Shown here: one piece after another, positions 1 to 20,124 of the stretch | How positions within the stretch are numbered: position 1 is the first letter of the stretch | Layout: each line of letters begins with the position of its first letter | Source of the DNA: Phaeosaccion multiseriatum | Lineage: Eukaryota > Protista > Ochrophyta, other classes | Length of the DNA: 64,000 bases | NCBI GenBank assembly: GCA_965112735.1 | Contig: OZ218958.1 | Span: 558,001-622,000, forward strand | Direction: 5' to 3' | Notes under the pieces: model-generated | What the model was told of the DNA's origin: nothing | The model's input: only the letters and a program-made list of their open reading frames with translations | Databases searched by the model: none | Made by a program: the position numbers and the translations under genes

Positions 1-7274
<7,274 letters not shown>

Positions 7275-7527
7275 GCGTTATCCCTGCCCCGCCTCCTCTC
7301 TTGGTGTGAGAGGAGGTGTAAGGTTAGTCTGGTTGTGAAAAAACGTAAGGATGAAACAAAGGCCAAACATGGGACAGGGAGGGAGCACATGGCAGCAAAA
7401 GGGCAAGTATGTGTAGATATCTTGTTGTGCTTAGTAGTATAATTCCATACAAATGAACACATAACGCATTACAATATACAAGTGTTGAATAACGCGGTAA
7501 CGAAGAAAGCACCCGCACCCCCCAGGA

Positions 7528-10500
7528 TCAGGGGACAACAGTCTCGTCCGTCCAGCGCTTCAGCCTATTGTCCATGTGAGACACCCACTGTTTCTTCCAC
7601 GCTCCCCGTGTCGGCTCATCCCCGTCCTCCTCCTTCTCCACCACCACTACCGCCGGCGCCACGCCATCTTTCACTCCCTCTCCGCCCCCCCCCCCCCGTC
7701 CTCGTCCCTCTCCTCGTCCTCGTCCCTTTCCTCCTCCTGCTTCTCCCTCTCTTTCTGCTCGTCGTCCCCCAGCTCCTCCTGCTTCACTCTTGTTTTGCTT
7801 CAGAATCACCTCCAAGGACTTGATAGAAACCTCCTTCTGTATCACCAACTGCCGCTGCTGATTCAACGATACCTCCAGGCTCTTCACACGCTCGTCCAGC
7901 TCCGCGCAGCGGCTCCTGCACCAGTGACAGAGCATAGCGGAGGAGAGCACAGCACACCATAGCACAGTAGTGGTTAAGGGTGGAGCAGAAAGAGCAACTC
8001 TCTCAGTTGTCGCTCTTCACTGTTTCACTCTCTCTTTCCTCCCTCTTTGACCCCTGACGTGCTTCCTGCTACCGGCGGTATCCAGCGGCCAGTAGCAGTC
8101 CTGTAAAGCAATCGTCAGGGGTCGACCCTCTCTCCCCATCCATACGACAAGCTGTGGCTTCCTCACAAAGTCACCAAGTGGGGGTCTTACGTAAGTCACC
8201 AAGTCATTGAGGGCCTCACATCACTCACTTTGACAGCGCCAGGTCTCTCTCCGCCCTCTGAAGGTCCTTCTCGAGGTCTCTGCTGCTGCTCTGCTGCTGC
8301 AGCCGCTCCTACGCACACAGTAAGTCAAGGGGACAACAAAGCAGGTGGAAGCAGCAGGTGAAGGGTCAGGTCAGGAGGCAGGCGCGTGTTCCTTCTTCCC
8401 CACCGCAAGCTCCTGAGCTGCTTCTTCCCCTCCACACAGCCTACGCACCTGAGCCATCTGCAATTGCATCTGCAGCCTTTGGAGTAGAGGCATATGGGGA
8501 GGGGAGGACAAAAGTAAAAGTCGTTACAAGGTAATCATCGGCGGACTCCTCCAACACGCGCTCTCTCTCCGTCAGGCGGAGAGAGCCCTCTTGCTGGCAA
8601 ACGCCTCGACGCTCTCTCTCTCTCTCTCTTGTCTCTTCGTACCATGCTCCCGGGCACGAAAAGACGACCTTTTTAATTCTTATTAAGGCGATCCCTACCG
8701 TACGACAAGATCTCTATTATGACAAAGAGGCAACTCATGACCATTGCCATACTTTCGGTCCTCTTTGGACCCCAGGCTTGCTTGTGCCCTGCCCCCCCGC
8801 CTCATGCACGCAAGCAGGCACGCGCACGCACTCACTCACTTACGCCCGCACACGCGCACTCATCCACGCACACACCCACTCACACACACACGCACGCACG
8901 CACGCACGCACTCACTTGGCGAAGTGCCTCTCTTTGGCCTCCAGCTCGAGCTCCTTCTGCCGCACGCGCTGCTCCGAGGCCCGCAGCTTTGTCCGAAGGC
9001 GGCCCACCTCTTCGTCCTCAGCGGGCGTAGCACCAACTGCTCCTGCTGCTGCTCCTTCGGCTTCGGTTTTTGCTTTTGCCTTTGCCTGTGGTCGTTACCA
9101 GTGGGTCAAGAGGTTGAGAGGTAGGTAAGACAGTACACTGTCGATCGAGGGAGGGGGGGGGAGTGGTGACCAGGCCGTTGGCACTTCCACCACACGATTT
9201 GTGTGTCCACATCCGAGAAAGTCAGATGCTCCGCGAAGTTGCATTCCTCCTCCCCACCCCCCCACCGAGTCGTGCCACCTCTGCCCCCCACCGCTCCCAC
9301 CGCTCCCACCCCACAGGCCCTCCCATCTCAATGTCCAATTTCACCTTGGCGGCGAGCCGATGCCGTAGGCGCTCCTCCTGCCCCGCTTGTGCCTGGGCCA
9401 GCAGGACGTTGTACTGGCGTTCCATGCCCTCCAGCTGGCGGTGCAGGGACTCCTATAGTGGGGTGGGGTGGGGTTGGGTTGGTTGGTTGGTTGGTGGGTT
9501 GGCTTGGATCATGACTTTACTCACACATGGAGTAGTATAGTTACGAGCGAACGAGGCTTCTCGCGACGCCCTCTGTTCGATTTGGAGGGCAGTGACACGC
9601 GGCGAGTCGTCCACTGATTGACTTGCTCACTACTTGGGGCCATCTGTGACACACACCCGCCGAGCCTCCAACAGCCAAACATGTCCATACATGTTCCATG
9701 CATCCTTGTGCTCTCACCTTCTCTTCACGTTGCCTGCTCTCCTGCTCCTTGAGGCGTTGGGCTGCGCTCCGCACACTGCGGAGCCTCTCTGCGGCAGCAG
9801 AACGCACTTGCATCTGGAGTAGCTGGCACTCTCGATCCTTGCCATCTGTTGGGCGCGAAAAGGTGGACCGCAGGGGGGCAGGGGCAGGGGAAGGGTCAAG
9901 TGTTGTTTGTCGTCTTTTGGAGCAGGTCGCAGTCACACGGCACCATCCATTGTACGTGAAGTGGACCAAGAGGAAAAGGCAAAAGGGGGGAGGGGTCTCC
10001 TGCTGTCTTTGGGGCAATGCAACCAATGACGGGAGAGCACGCTGCCTCCCTGCCTCTTGGGCTGTTTGTGGTACATGTCATCACGCACCGAACTTCCTCC
10101 GCCACTCTTCCCTCACTTCCTCCAACGTCGCCTGCTGCTGCTCTTTCGCAGCCTTGAGCTTCTGAGCGGCGATTTCAGACGTCTTCTGACGGTCGCGCGC
10201 GGCCGAGCGTGCCTGAGAGGTGAGGAGGGGAGGAACATGACAATGGACAAGCCGGAAACGAGGCCCAGGGCGAGGGGAGAACCCGGTTCAGGCCAGCCGA
10301 GACAGAGATGAGACTGACAGAGCGGGGGAGAGGGTGTGTGTGTGGGAGAGAGCAGAAAAAGAGGGGGCATCATAAAAAGAACGCAATCCCTTACTTGCAT
10401 CAGCAGCGTCTCGTACTGCCTCTCCTTGGCGTCAAGCCGCAGCTGCATCTCGCCAAGCTTCTCCTGCCACCGATGCCCCCCCCCCTCCATCTCTTTCGAA

Positions 10501-10649
10501 GCATCAAGCTGCTGCTCCCTTCCTCTTCGTTCCGCCTCTGGCATTTCCGCGAAAGGGCTGTGTGGTTTTTGTTGAAGTGGCAAGTCCCGCTTCGACCCGC
10601 CATCTGTGAATTTGCTTTTCCATCCGATCCCATCCGCCCATTTACCCAT
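7528..10649 (-). CDS. Hypothetical coiled-coil protein, multi-exon
   Basis: Minus-strand exons 10649-10395, 10212-10089, 9845-9718, 9452-9345, 9085-8916, 8476-8449, 8308-8229 and 7915-7528 have GT/AG ends and splice in frame. The product is E/Q/R/K/L-rich and heptad-like (LGEMQLRLDAKERQYETLLMQ, RCAELDERVKSLEVSLNQQ). The start codon and the structure around 9100-9345 are uncertain. Confidence 0.7.
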
Positions 10650-10727
10650 GCAACGCGCAAAGCCCCTGTAGCAGCAGCAGCAGCAGCAGCAGAAGCAGCA
10701 GCAGAAGCAGAAGCAGCAGCAGCGGCC

Positions 10728-13700
10728 ATGGCCTTTATATCGTCAGTCGGGCGCCACGCCGCTCCTCCGCTCTCTCACCCGTTCCCTCATGCAGTGGCCT
10801 TCCACGCCGCTCCTCCCCTCTTTCGCCCTTTCCCTCATGCAGCAGAAGCGGTGGCACCAGCAGCGAAGTGTTATCTGGCGACGATGGCCACTCCCTTGTA
10901 CAAGGTGCGAAGCCTTCACCGCATGGCAGCTCTGGCTGCTGAAGTCGCGGGTGGGGAGGCTCTAGAGGAGACGACTGCTACCACAGTGATCGAAAGCCCC
11001 GCAGAGGAGATGAGGGGTGGGCGTGGCCGAGCAAAGAGGATGCAGGTATTGTCAATGGGCGGAGAGAAGGAGGCTGCGGTGGCCTTGTTAGAGGAGATGA
11101 AGAAGGAGAACGAGGGGCAGCCGATGGACCAACAGATCTATGGGTTCGCCATCCAGGCGTGCGTGCCCAGCAAGGACCTGGAGATGGCAGAGAAGCTGTA
11201 CCAGGAGGTATTGGACGCTGACATTGATCAGCGCGGGTCCAGCGATAAAGCCATGGGGAATGTGTACGGCGCGTGCGGGGAGACTGCCAAGGCTCGCGCT
11301 CTGACAGAGCGAATGAGGCGGGAGGGCATACGCATCGACTTGTTGGAATTCTGTAACGCTCTGGGGGTGGACACGGGGAAAGGGGAGGCGGACTTAGAGG
11401 CCATCGCGGAGTCCCTCGTGAAAGTGTTGGAGGACGCCAAGAAGGAGGGAGAGGGGGAGGGGGCCGACGTCATTGCTTACGACGGGGCCATTTGCGGCCT
11501 TTTGCAGGCGGGTAACAAGGCAGAGGAGTGTATGACGCTGCTCAATGAGATGGAGGAGAAGGGTATGGAGAGCAAGTGGTACGGAGGAGTCATTGCTGCG
11601 TACGGTAAGCAGGGCCTCAAGGACCAGGCGCTGGAGCTGCTGGCAAGGGTGGATGGCAAGCAGATACCCGAGGGCCAGGGCTACGCGATGCTGGTGCGTG
11701 CATTGGCGTCTTCGAACCACACGGCCGCGGCGCTGGAGGTCAAGGGGGAGGCGGAGGAGAGGGGTCTGACAATGGATAGAAACAACTACAACGGGCTTAT
11801 TAGGGCCACTTGCAGAGCAGGTGAGCATGGAGGGGACGGAGATAATAAGGGCCGAATGGAGGCACACAGAGCTACTCCTTTTGTGTTGTGTAACGGTAAC
11901 GGAGCTTTCTGTGACGGAGCTTTCTGTACTCACCTCTTGTTTACCGCGCTTTGCTTTGTCCTCCCTCTCTCCCTCCCTTCCTCCTCTCTCCCTCCTTCCC
12001 TCCTCTCTCCCTCTCTCCCTCTCTCCCTCCCTCCCTCCCTCCCTCCCTCCCTCCCTCCCTCTCACTTGTGTACTTCCCTTCCTGTTGTGCTCGTACCCAC
12101 GGCCTGCCCATATGCCTGTCTCCCAAGGTATGTTTTCCGAGGCCATGGAGCTATACGACGAAGCGCGTGCTCTGTATATCGCAGGAGACTTCGATGGAGA
12201 CGTCCCCAGACGGCCCTTACTGCAAGCGACGACAGCCAATCAATTGAAGAAGGCCCTCAGCGACGCGGGAGATCAGGATGCATTAGCGAGGCTTCTGGAG
12301 CGCCAAGACGAGGAGGGGCTCTCCAAGAACAAGAGAAGTGAGAAGAACAGGAAGGAGAAGATGAAGCAGAAGAGGAAGAAGAAGAAGGCGTTGAAGAAGA
12401 AGGTTCCAAAGGTACCAAAGATGGTGGTAGTGGACTCAAAGGAGCAGGTGGAGGAGGCCCCGTCGGAGGTCAACATGGAGAAGACAGAGGAGGAGGGGGC
12501 GGCTCTCCAGGCGGAGAGGATGAGGGCCTTGTCTGTCGGCGGAGAGAAGGAGGCTGCAGTGGCCTTGCTGGAGGAGATGAAGCAGGAGAGCGAGGGGAAG
12601 CCGCTAGACCATCGGCTCTACGGTTTCGCCATTCGAGCGTGCCTGCCCAGCAAGGATGTGGAGATGGCGGAGAAGCTCTACCAGGAGGTGTTGGACAATG
12701 GCATTGAGCCGCGTGGGTCGAGCTATAAAGCCATGGGCGACTTGTACGGCGCGTGCGGGGAGACTGCCAAGGCTCGCGCTCTGACAGAGCAAGCGTGGAA
12801 GGAGGACAGATTCATTGACGTTTTCGACTTCTGTAACGCTCTGGGGGTGGACAAGGGGGAGGGGCAGGCGGACTTTGATGCCATCGCGGAGTCCCTCGTG
12901 AAAGTGTTGGAGGACGCCAAGAAGGAGGGAGAGGGGGAGGGGGCCGACGTCATTGCTTACGACGGGGCCATCCGCGGCCTTTTACTGGCGGGCAACAAGG
13001 CTGAGGAGTGCATGGCGCTGCTCAATGAGATGGAGGAGAAGGGTATGGAGAGCAAGGCGTACGGAGGAGTCATTTCTGCGTACGGTAAGCAGGGCCTCAA
13101 GGACCAGGCGCTGGAGCTGCTGGCAAGGGTGGATGGCAAGCAGATACCCGAGGGCCAGGGCTACGCGATGCTGGTGCATGCATTGGCATATGGGCATCAC
13201 ACGACCGCGGCGCTGGAGGTCAAGGCAGAGGCGGAGGAAAGGGGTCTGACAATGGATAGAGGCAACTACAACGGGCTCATTAAGACTACTTCCAGAGCAG
13301 GTGAGCATGGAGGGGACGGAGATGAGAGGCATATGCAGATGGGCTACTAGGAGGCTTACGGATGGAGAGTGAGGGAGGACGGATTTGGGGGGGGGGGGGG
13401 GGCAGGGTAGGGGCACTACTTCTCCTGTGTTGTGAAAGGGAGCCCTCTCGCACATTGCTTCCTCCCTCCCTCCTCCCCTCCCTCCCTCCCTCCACTCTCT
13501 CTCACCTGGTGTCCTTCCTTTCCTTTGGGCGCGTAATCACCGCATGCCCATATGCCTGCCTATATGCCTGCCCGTATGCCTGCCCCCAAGGCATGGTTTC
13601 CAAGGCCATTGAGCTGTATGACGAGGTACATGCCCTTCACAAGGAAGGAAAGCTCCATGGAGATGCCCCCGGACGGCCCTTGCTGCAAGAACCGACAGCC

Positions 13701-13829
13701 AAGCAATTGAAGAAGGCCCTCAGCGACGCGGGAGAGGAGGATGCATTAGCGAAGCTCCTGGAGCGCCAAAAGGAGGAGGGGCCCTCCAAGAACAACAAAA
13801 AGAAGAAGAAGAAGAAGAAGAGGCGATAA
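10728..13829 (+). CDS. Pentatricopeptide-repeat (PPR) protein with an internally duplicated PPR module; probable organelle transit peptide
   Basis: Exons 10728-11820, 12128-13300, 13591-13829. PPR-like motifs include DVIAYDGAICGLLQAGNKAEECMTLLNEMEEKGM, YGGVIAAYGKQGLKDQALELL and NYNGLIRATCRAG|MFSEAMELY. The N-terminus (MAFISSVGRHAAPP...) is Ala/Arg/Ser-rich and acid-poor. Confidence 0.8.
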
Positions 13830-13831
13830 AG

Positions 13832-14959
13832 ATGGAGAACGAGGGGCAGCCGGTGGACCAGAAGCTCTACGGGTTTGCTACAGTGCGTGCCCAGCAAGGA
13901 TGTGGAGATGGCGGAGACGCTGTACGAGGAGGTGCTGGACGCTTGCATAGAGCCGCGGGTATCGAGCGACAAAGCCATGTACTTCGTAGTACAGCGCATG
14001 TGTGGAGACTGCCCAGCCTCACCCTCTCACAGAGCGAAGGTGGAAGGAGGACATAGGCATCCTGTTCGACTTCTGTAACGCTCTGGGGGTGGACAAGCGG
14101 GAGGGGGAGGCGAACTTTGATGCCATCGCGGAGTCCCTCGTGAAAGTGTTGGAGGACGCCAAGAAGGAGGGAGAGGGTGAGGGGGCCGACGTCTTTGCTT
14201 ACGATAGGGCCGTATGCGGCTTGATGAAACCATGACGCTGCTCAATGAGATGGAGGACAAGTGTATGGAGAGCAAGTGGTACGGAGGAGGAATTGCTGCG
14301 TAGGGTAAACAGGGCCTCAAGGACCAGGCGCTGGAGCTGCTGGCAAGGGTGGATGGCAAGAAGATACCCGAGGGCCTGGGAACGTTGATGGTGGGGCGTG
14401 CGTTGTCGTGTGGGGATCACACGACCGCGGCGCTGGAGACCAAGGGGGAGGCAGATGAGCGGGGTCTGACAATGGATAGAGGCAACTACACTGGGTTTAG
14501 TAGGGCCACTTGCAGAGCAGGTGAGCATGGAGTGGACGGAAATGGTAAGGGCTGGTTGGAGGCATATGTAGAATGTTGTGGAACTGAGCTTTCGTACTCA
14601 CCTCTTGCTTACCGCGCTTTCCTTCGTCCTCCCTCGCTCCCTCGCTCCCTCCCTCCCTCACTCCCTCCCTCCTTCTCCCCCTCTCACACACTGTCCCCTT
14701 CCTTCCCTTCGTGCACGTGACCACCGCCTGCCTGTCCATATGCCTTCCTATATGCTTGCCTCCCAGGTATATGGCCCCCCAGCCCATCGCGCTGCTGTAC
14801 GACGAAGCACGTGCTTTTGCCAAAGCAGGAGCGCTGAGCAGAGGCATCTTCGGGCACGAACGGGGCATATTCGAGCAGCCTTTACTGAACAAACGGACAG
14901 TCGTGGCGTTAAATGGCCCTCCGGCGAAATCCAAGCCGCACCTGAGATCCTCAATTTGA
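13832..14959 (+). pseudogene. Decayed third copy of the PPR module
   Basis: Homologous to 11100-12300 and 12590-13790 but broken into several frames (ORFs at 13832, 13875, 14002, 14349). In-frame TAG at 14301 where the paralogues have TAC/TTC. Confidence 0.8.
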
Positions 14960-15750
14960 AGACTCCTTTTATTAGTAGCAACCATTCCTTCATTTACATG
15001 GTATTTGGGCACGTGCCAAAGCCCCAAAGTCAAAGCGGAGAAGCTAGTTTTGAGAATCGATGCAGCAGTTGGTGATACAGGGTCGGAATCAGCAGAAAAG
15101 AGAAAACACGGGAGTAAACTTTGACCTTGGTTGGCCACCACAAACACCTGCAACTGCATGGCCTTCGTATCATCCGTGGGTGCGCTGGGGCAGCACGAAC
15201 CATCCCCCGAGATCGACAGTAGTGAAAAATGCCTTTAACATTTACACGAGTACAAGGTGTTGCTTCGGGCTGCGCCCTCGGCAGGGAGAAGGGGGAAGGA
15301 GAAGAGGGTTGGGGTGGGCAAGAAGTGAAATGGAGGAGGGAAAGGGGAGTGGGAGAAGGTGTGTATGTATGAGAAGGGAAGGAGGAGGAGAAATTGGAAG
15401 CATATGGCACGAAATGACGAGAACGACAAAACGACGGAGATAATAAAAGACGTGGTGATGGCGAGCTTACCTTTTTAATTGCTGCACACTTTGCTGTGTA
15501 AGCTGGGGGGCTTACTTGAACTATACACGAAAAGACGGTGTGGAGGCGGTCCGGAGGAAAAATTGTACAGTGTAGAGGTCGATAGAGGCACAAAAGTAGA
15601 GGCATATGGTTAGAGCGCTGAGCGTGCAGCATTTTCATATTTAGAGGCATATGGGATAACGAAGAAATCTTATATAGGTCTATCGTATGAGGCAGAGGCA
15701 TATGGTTTATGGTTTGGCTGGAAAAACATGATCATCACCTTTGTGCAAAC

Positions 15751-18054
15751 ATGGCCTTCATATCATCCGTCGGGCGCCACGCCGCTCCTCCACTCTTTCG
15801 GCCTTTCCCTCATGCAGCAGAGACGATGGCATCAGCAACGGGAGCACCAGCAGCGAGGTGCAAGGTGGCAACGATGGCCACTCCCTTGTACAAGGTGCGG
15901 GCTCTTCGCCGCATGTCAGCTCTGGCTGCTGAAGCCGCGGGTGGGGACGCAAAGATGGAGGCACCGAAAGAAGCAGTAGCCAAAGCAGCGGCAGTGATGG
16001 AAAACCCCGTTAAGAAGGAGGGGGGGGGGGAGAAGACGAAGAAGAAGAGGTCCGGGAAGAAGGTGGCACCAATAAAGAAGAAGGCGGCACCAAAGAAGAA
16101 AAAGAAGGCGGCACCAGCGGCCGACTCGAGGGAAACTCTGATTGCGAAAACGATGGCTCGCCTCAGCGTGTCCAGCGAATCGGTGGCTGCGCTGCTGGCC
16201 GACCTGAAGGAGAAAGACCCGGCCCTTCTGGTGCAGACGGTCACCAACATCCGCCAGCTGTTGCAGAAAGCGAAGGAGGAGGGCCTGGATATGGACATGG
16301 ATTTGCTGGTGGCCGCTTTTGAAGCCATCCGGAGGGACAAGTGGCAGGATCGGGCCTTTGTGCTGAGTCTCATGGAGGAGTCAAAGTTCAGCAAGGGCAG
16401 CCCCCCGCCCTGGAGCGTGTACTCCTCAACTCTGAGTGGGCTTTGTCCGCGCAGAGGACAGACCGTTAGGGCACTCGAGCTCCTGCAGCGCGCTGAGGTG
16501 ACATATCCCACTGAGATGGCCGAGACGAAGGTGGGTTTTATGTCGGAGATGATGAGAGCGCTGGGCTACGCTGGAGAGAAGGCGGCTGCGGTGGCCTTGC
16601 TGGCGGACATGATTAAGGAGAACGAGGGGCAGCCGGTGGACCAGAGGCTCTACGGGTTTGCTATACGGGCGTGCGTGCCCAGCAAGGACCTGGAGATGGG
16701 GGAGACGCTGTACGAGGAGGTGTTGAAGGCTGGCATTGAGCCGCATGTGGCGAGCGACAAAGCCATGGGCGACTTGTACGGAGCGTGCGGGGAGACTGCC
16801 AAAGCTCGCGCTATGACCGAAAAGAGGAGGAAGGAGGACCAATTCATTGACGTATTCGAGTTCTGCGATGCTCTGGGGGTGGACAAGGGGGAGGGGGAGG
16901 CGGACTTTGATGCCATCGCGGAGTCCCTCGTGAAAGTGTTGGAGGACGCCAAGAAGGAGGGAGAGGGGGAGGGGGCCGACGTCATTGCTTACGACGGGGC
17001 CATTTGCGGCCTTTTGCAGGCGGGCAACAAGGCTGAGGAGTGTATGACGCTGCTCAATGAGATGGAGGAGAAGGGTATGGAGAGCAAGTTGTACGGAGGA
17101 GTCATTGCTGCGTTCGGTAAGCAGGGCCTCAAGGACCAGGCGCTGGAGCTGCTGACAAGGGGAGAGAGCAAAAACGTCCCCACGGGCTCAGGCTTCCAAG
17201 GGGTGATCCAGGCACTGGCCTTTGGAGATCACACGACCGCGGCGCTGGAGGCCAAGGGAGAGGCAAAGGAGCGGGGCGTGGCACTGGATAGAGACTCGTA
17301 CAATGGGCTCATTAAGACCACGTGTAGAGTAGGTAAGCGAGAGAGGACTGGAGAGCGAGCGAGGAAGCGAGGGAGGGAGGGAGGGAGGGAGGGAGGGAAG
17401 CAGGGAGGCAGGGAGGCAGGAGGGAGATGGAGGCAGGCAGGGAGGATGGATTTGCCAGGGCAGGGGTAGGGACACTCGAGGAGCAGTGCAAGGGGGTGCT
17501 CTGCCCATTCAAACTCAAACTCCCTCCCTCCCTCTCACGTGCATACTTTCTTCCCTTTGTGCGCGCAACCACCGCCTGCCCATATGCCTGCCTCACAAGG
17601 TATGATTTCCGAGGCCATTGAAATATACAACGAGGCATACCGTCTCTACAAGGCTGGAAACCTCGACGGAGATGCCCCCGGCCGACCCTTCCTCCAGAGG
17701 AAGACATCCGTGCAGCTGGAGGAGGCCCTCAGCGCTGCAGGAGAGCACGCCGCCCTGGCCATGGTCCTAGACCATCAAGAGGAGGAGGGGCTCACCAAGC
17801 CAAACGTCGTGCAGTACTCGAAGTTGCTCGAGACTTTGGGTAAGGCCGGCGAGCACGAACGGGCGAGGGCGACGCTCAAGCGAATGGTGGAGCTGAAGTT
17901 GGCGACGAACGTGACTCGAAGTGTGGGACTCAAGGCGGCGGCGGTGGTGAAGTGGTGCTGCCCTCCGGGTAAGGAGGGGGATGAGAAGAAGGGGCTGAGC
18001 AAGTGCGATAGAGAGGTGAGGGGTATGCTTCAGGGTATCATGCCGTCGGAATGA
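15751..18054 (+). CDS. PPR protein, paralogue of the 10728 gene
   Basis: Same N-terminus (MAFISSVGRHAAPPLFRPFPHA). Exons 15751-17332 and 17600-18054. Clear PPR motif KPNVVQYSKLLETLGKAGEHERARATLKRMVELKL. Confidence 0.85.
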
Positions 18055-19018
18055 GCGTCCCAGGGGGGGAGTGAGGTGAGTGGATGTAGAGAGAGAGCCA
18101 CAGAAAGGGGGAGAAGGGGCTGCGGGTGTGGCTTCGAGAATAAGCAAAGCAGTTGGTGATACGGCGGCAGCATCGGCCCGCGTTATCTTCATCACGGGGC
18201 CGACAGCAAGCGAAAGGAGGAGGGGTGTATTGAAGGAGACGACCGTTTTGAGGAAGGTGGAGGCGGGGGTTTGTGTGTGTTGTTGTGTGTGTGTGTGTAC
18301 TTGCTTGCTTTCTTCAGTGTTGATGAGAGAGAGAGTAGTTTCACAGCTTGACAGTTTCACGCACAGCGATTGGAAGTTGGCAAGTTGGAGGTAGAGGGTG
18401 CGGGGAGAAGAGCGGAGTTGAGAGGCGAGAGAGAAAGGATTGGTGGTTTACTATTTTTGTGACTCTCCGGTATATATATAAAAGAGGTGGAGGGAGGGAG
18501 GGAAGGGAAGATGGCCTTGGGAGTGTTGAGTAAGAGGAGGGAGGGGGGTGGAGGATCAAAACAAAAAAATAAAAGTAGTACCATAGCTGATAAAAATAGA
18601 AGATGAAAGTAGACAAAAGAAGGAGAAGATGAAAGTAGACAATAGAAGTAGAAAGCCGCACAGCAAACACAGCACTACACACAGAAAGCTAAGCGCTGAG
18701 TAGCGAGCTACCTGCCCATATGCCTCTGCCTGGCAAGCCACAGCCACGCGTCCCCTTTTTGATTTCGCCAACCAACTCATCCAAAAAAAAGTATAAAAAA
18801 AAAATGTTATTGCCTTGGAAGTATGAAGTATGGGTCTCCTCTTGAGCCGCTCACCCCCACCGAACTCATGTACGACGGTTACGTTTAGAGTTTGGCCCTC
18901 CTCTCAACCGTGTCGACTTTCTCTCAGAGACTGCCCATCGACCTTCTCTACATTGCCGTCCATAGTGTATCGACATCGTGATGATTCGCTTTCCGCTGCG
19001 CTCGTTTACACCACCACT

Positions 19019-20086
19019 CTACACTTTAGCAGCCGCCGCTGTAGCAGCAGGGGCAGGGGTAGTGGGAGTAGTAGTAATTGTAGTAAGAGGATGAGGTTGA
19101 GGATGAGGAGGATGATGAGAGGAGAGCAGGGAGAGAGGCTGCATCTCTCCCCAGCGCTTGCCACTCTTGACGTTGACGAAGAGAGGCACCTGAGAAGGGC
19201 AGCGAGAGGGAGAGGGAGAGGGAGGGGGAGAGGGAGAGGGAAAGGGAGAGGGAGAGGGGGGGAGAGAGAGGGAGAAGGAGAGGGAAAAGGAATGGGAGAG
19301 GGAGAAGGAGAGGAAGATGGAGGGAGAGAGGGAGAGGGAGGGAGAGAGGGAGAGGGAGAGGGAGACAGAGAGAGGGAGAGAGCTATTTGAGACTACACTG
19401 CTCCCGCCGGCACGTTGTCCTAACGGATCGACTGTACCGTCTCCGTGACTGCCCATATGCCTGCCCTGCCCGCATGAGCCGTATCCTGCCCTAAACACCT
19501 GCCCATATGCCTGCCTGCTCATACGCCTCACCTCCAGCTTGACAGCCCCCTCCATGCACTCCCTCACCACCCCCGCCACGGCTCTGAGGAGCTCCTCCCT
19601 GACCTCATACACAAGCTCGTCGTGCACCTGACACCAGGCAGTAGAGCACCAATTGGGTGGGGGGGGGGGGGTAAGCAGGCGCAGTTTGAGGTTGAGTTTC
19701 GCAGGCCCAGTTGCAGTTTCAGGCATCCGCGCGCACGGCGATTTGATAGGCACGAGAGACGCAGGCACAGCGGTTGGTGATACGAGAGACACAGGCACAG
19801 CGGGCATGAGGTTGCCGCGTTTTGTGGAATGAATGACTGAACGGAATGCACCCCATTCACTGCCATCCACTTGGGCCCCACCTGCAGCACCAGGCGGACA
19901 GGGGGTGGCGCAGGATGCTCCAGCGCTTCCACTCGGCTATACGTAGGGCTGTCGACAAGCTGATGCTCGTGCTGCTGGTGTTGGTGCTGCTGCTGCTGCT
20001 GCTGCTGGTGCAGCCTCTCCCGGACGTTCACCATGGCAAGTTTTATCAGGTCGGCGCCAGAGCCCTGCTCGTCAGCACCGACAACG

Positions 20087-20124
<38 letters not shown>

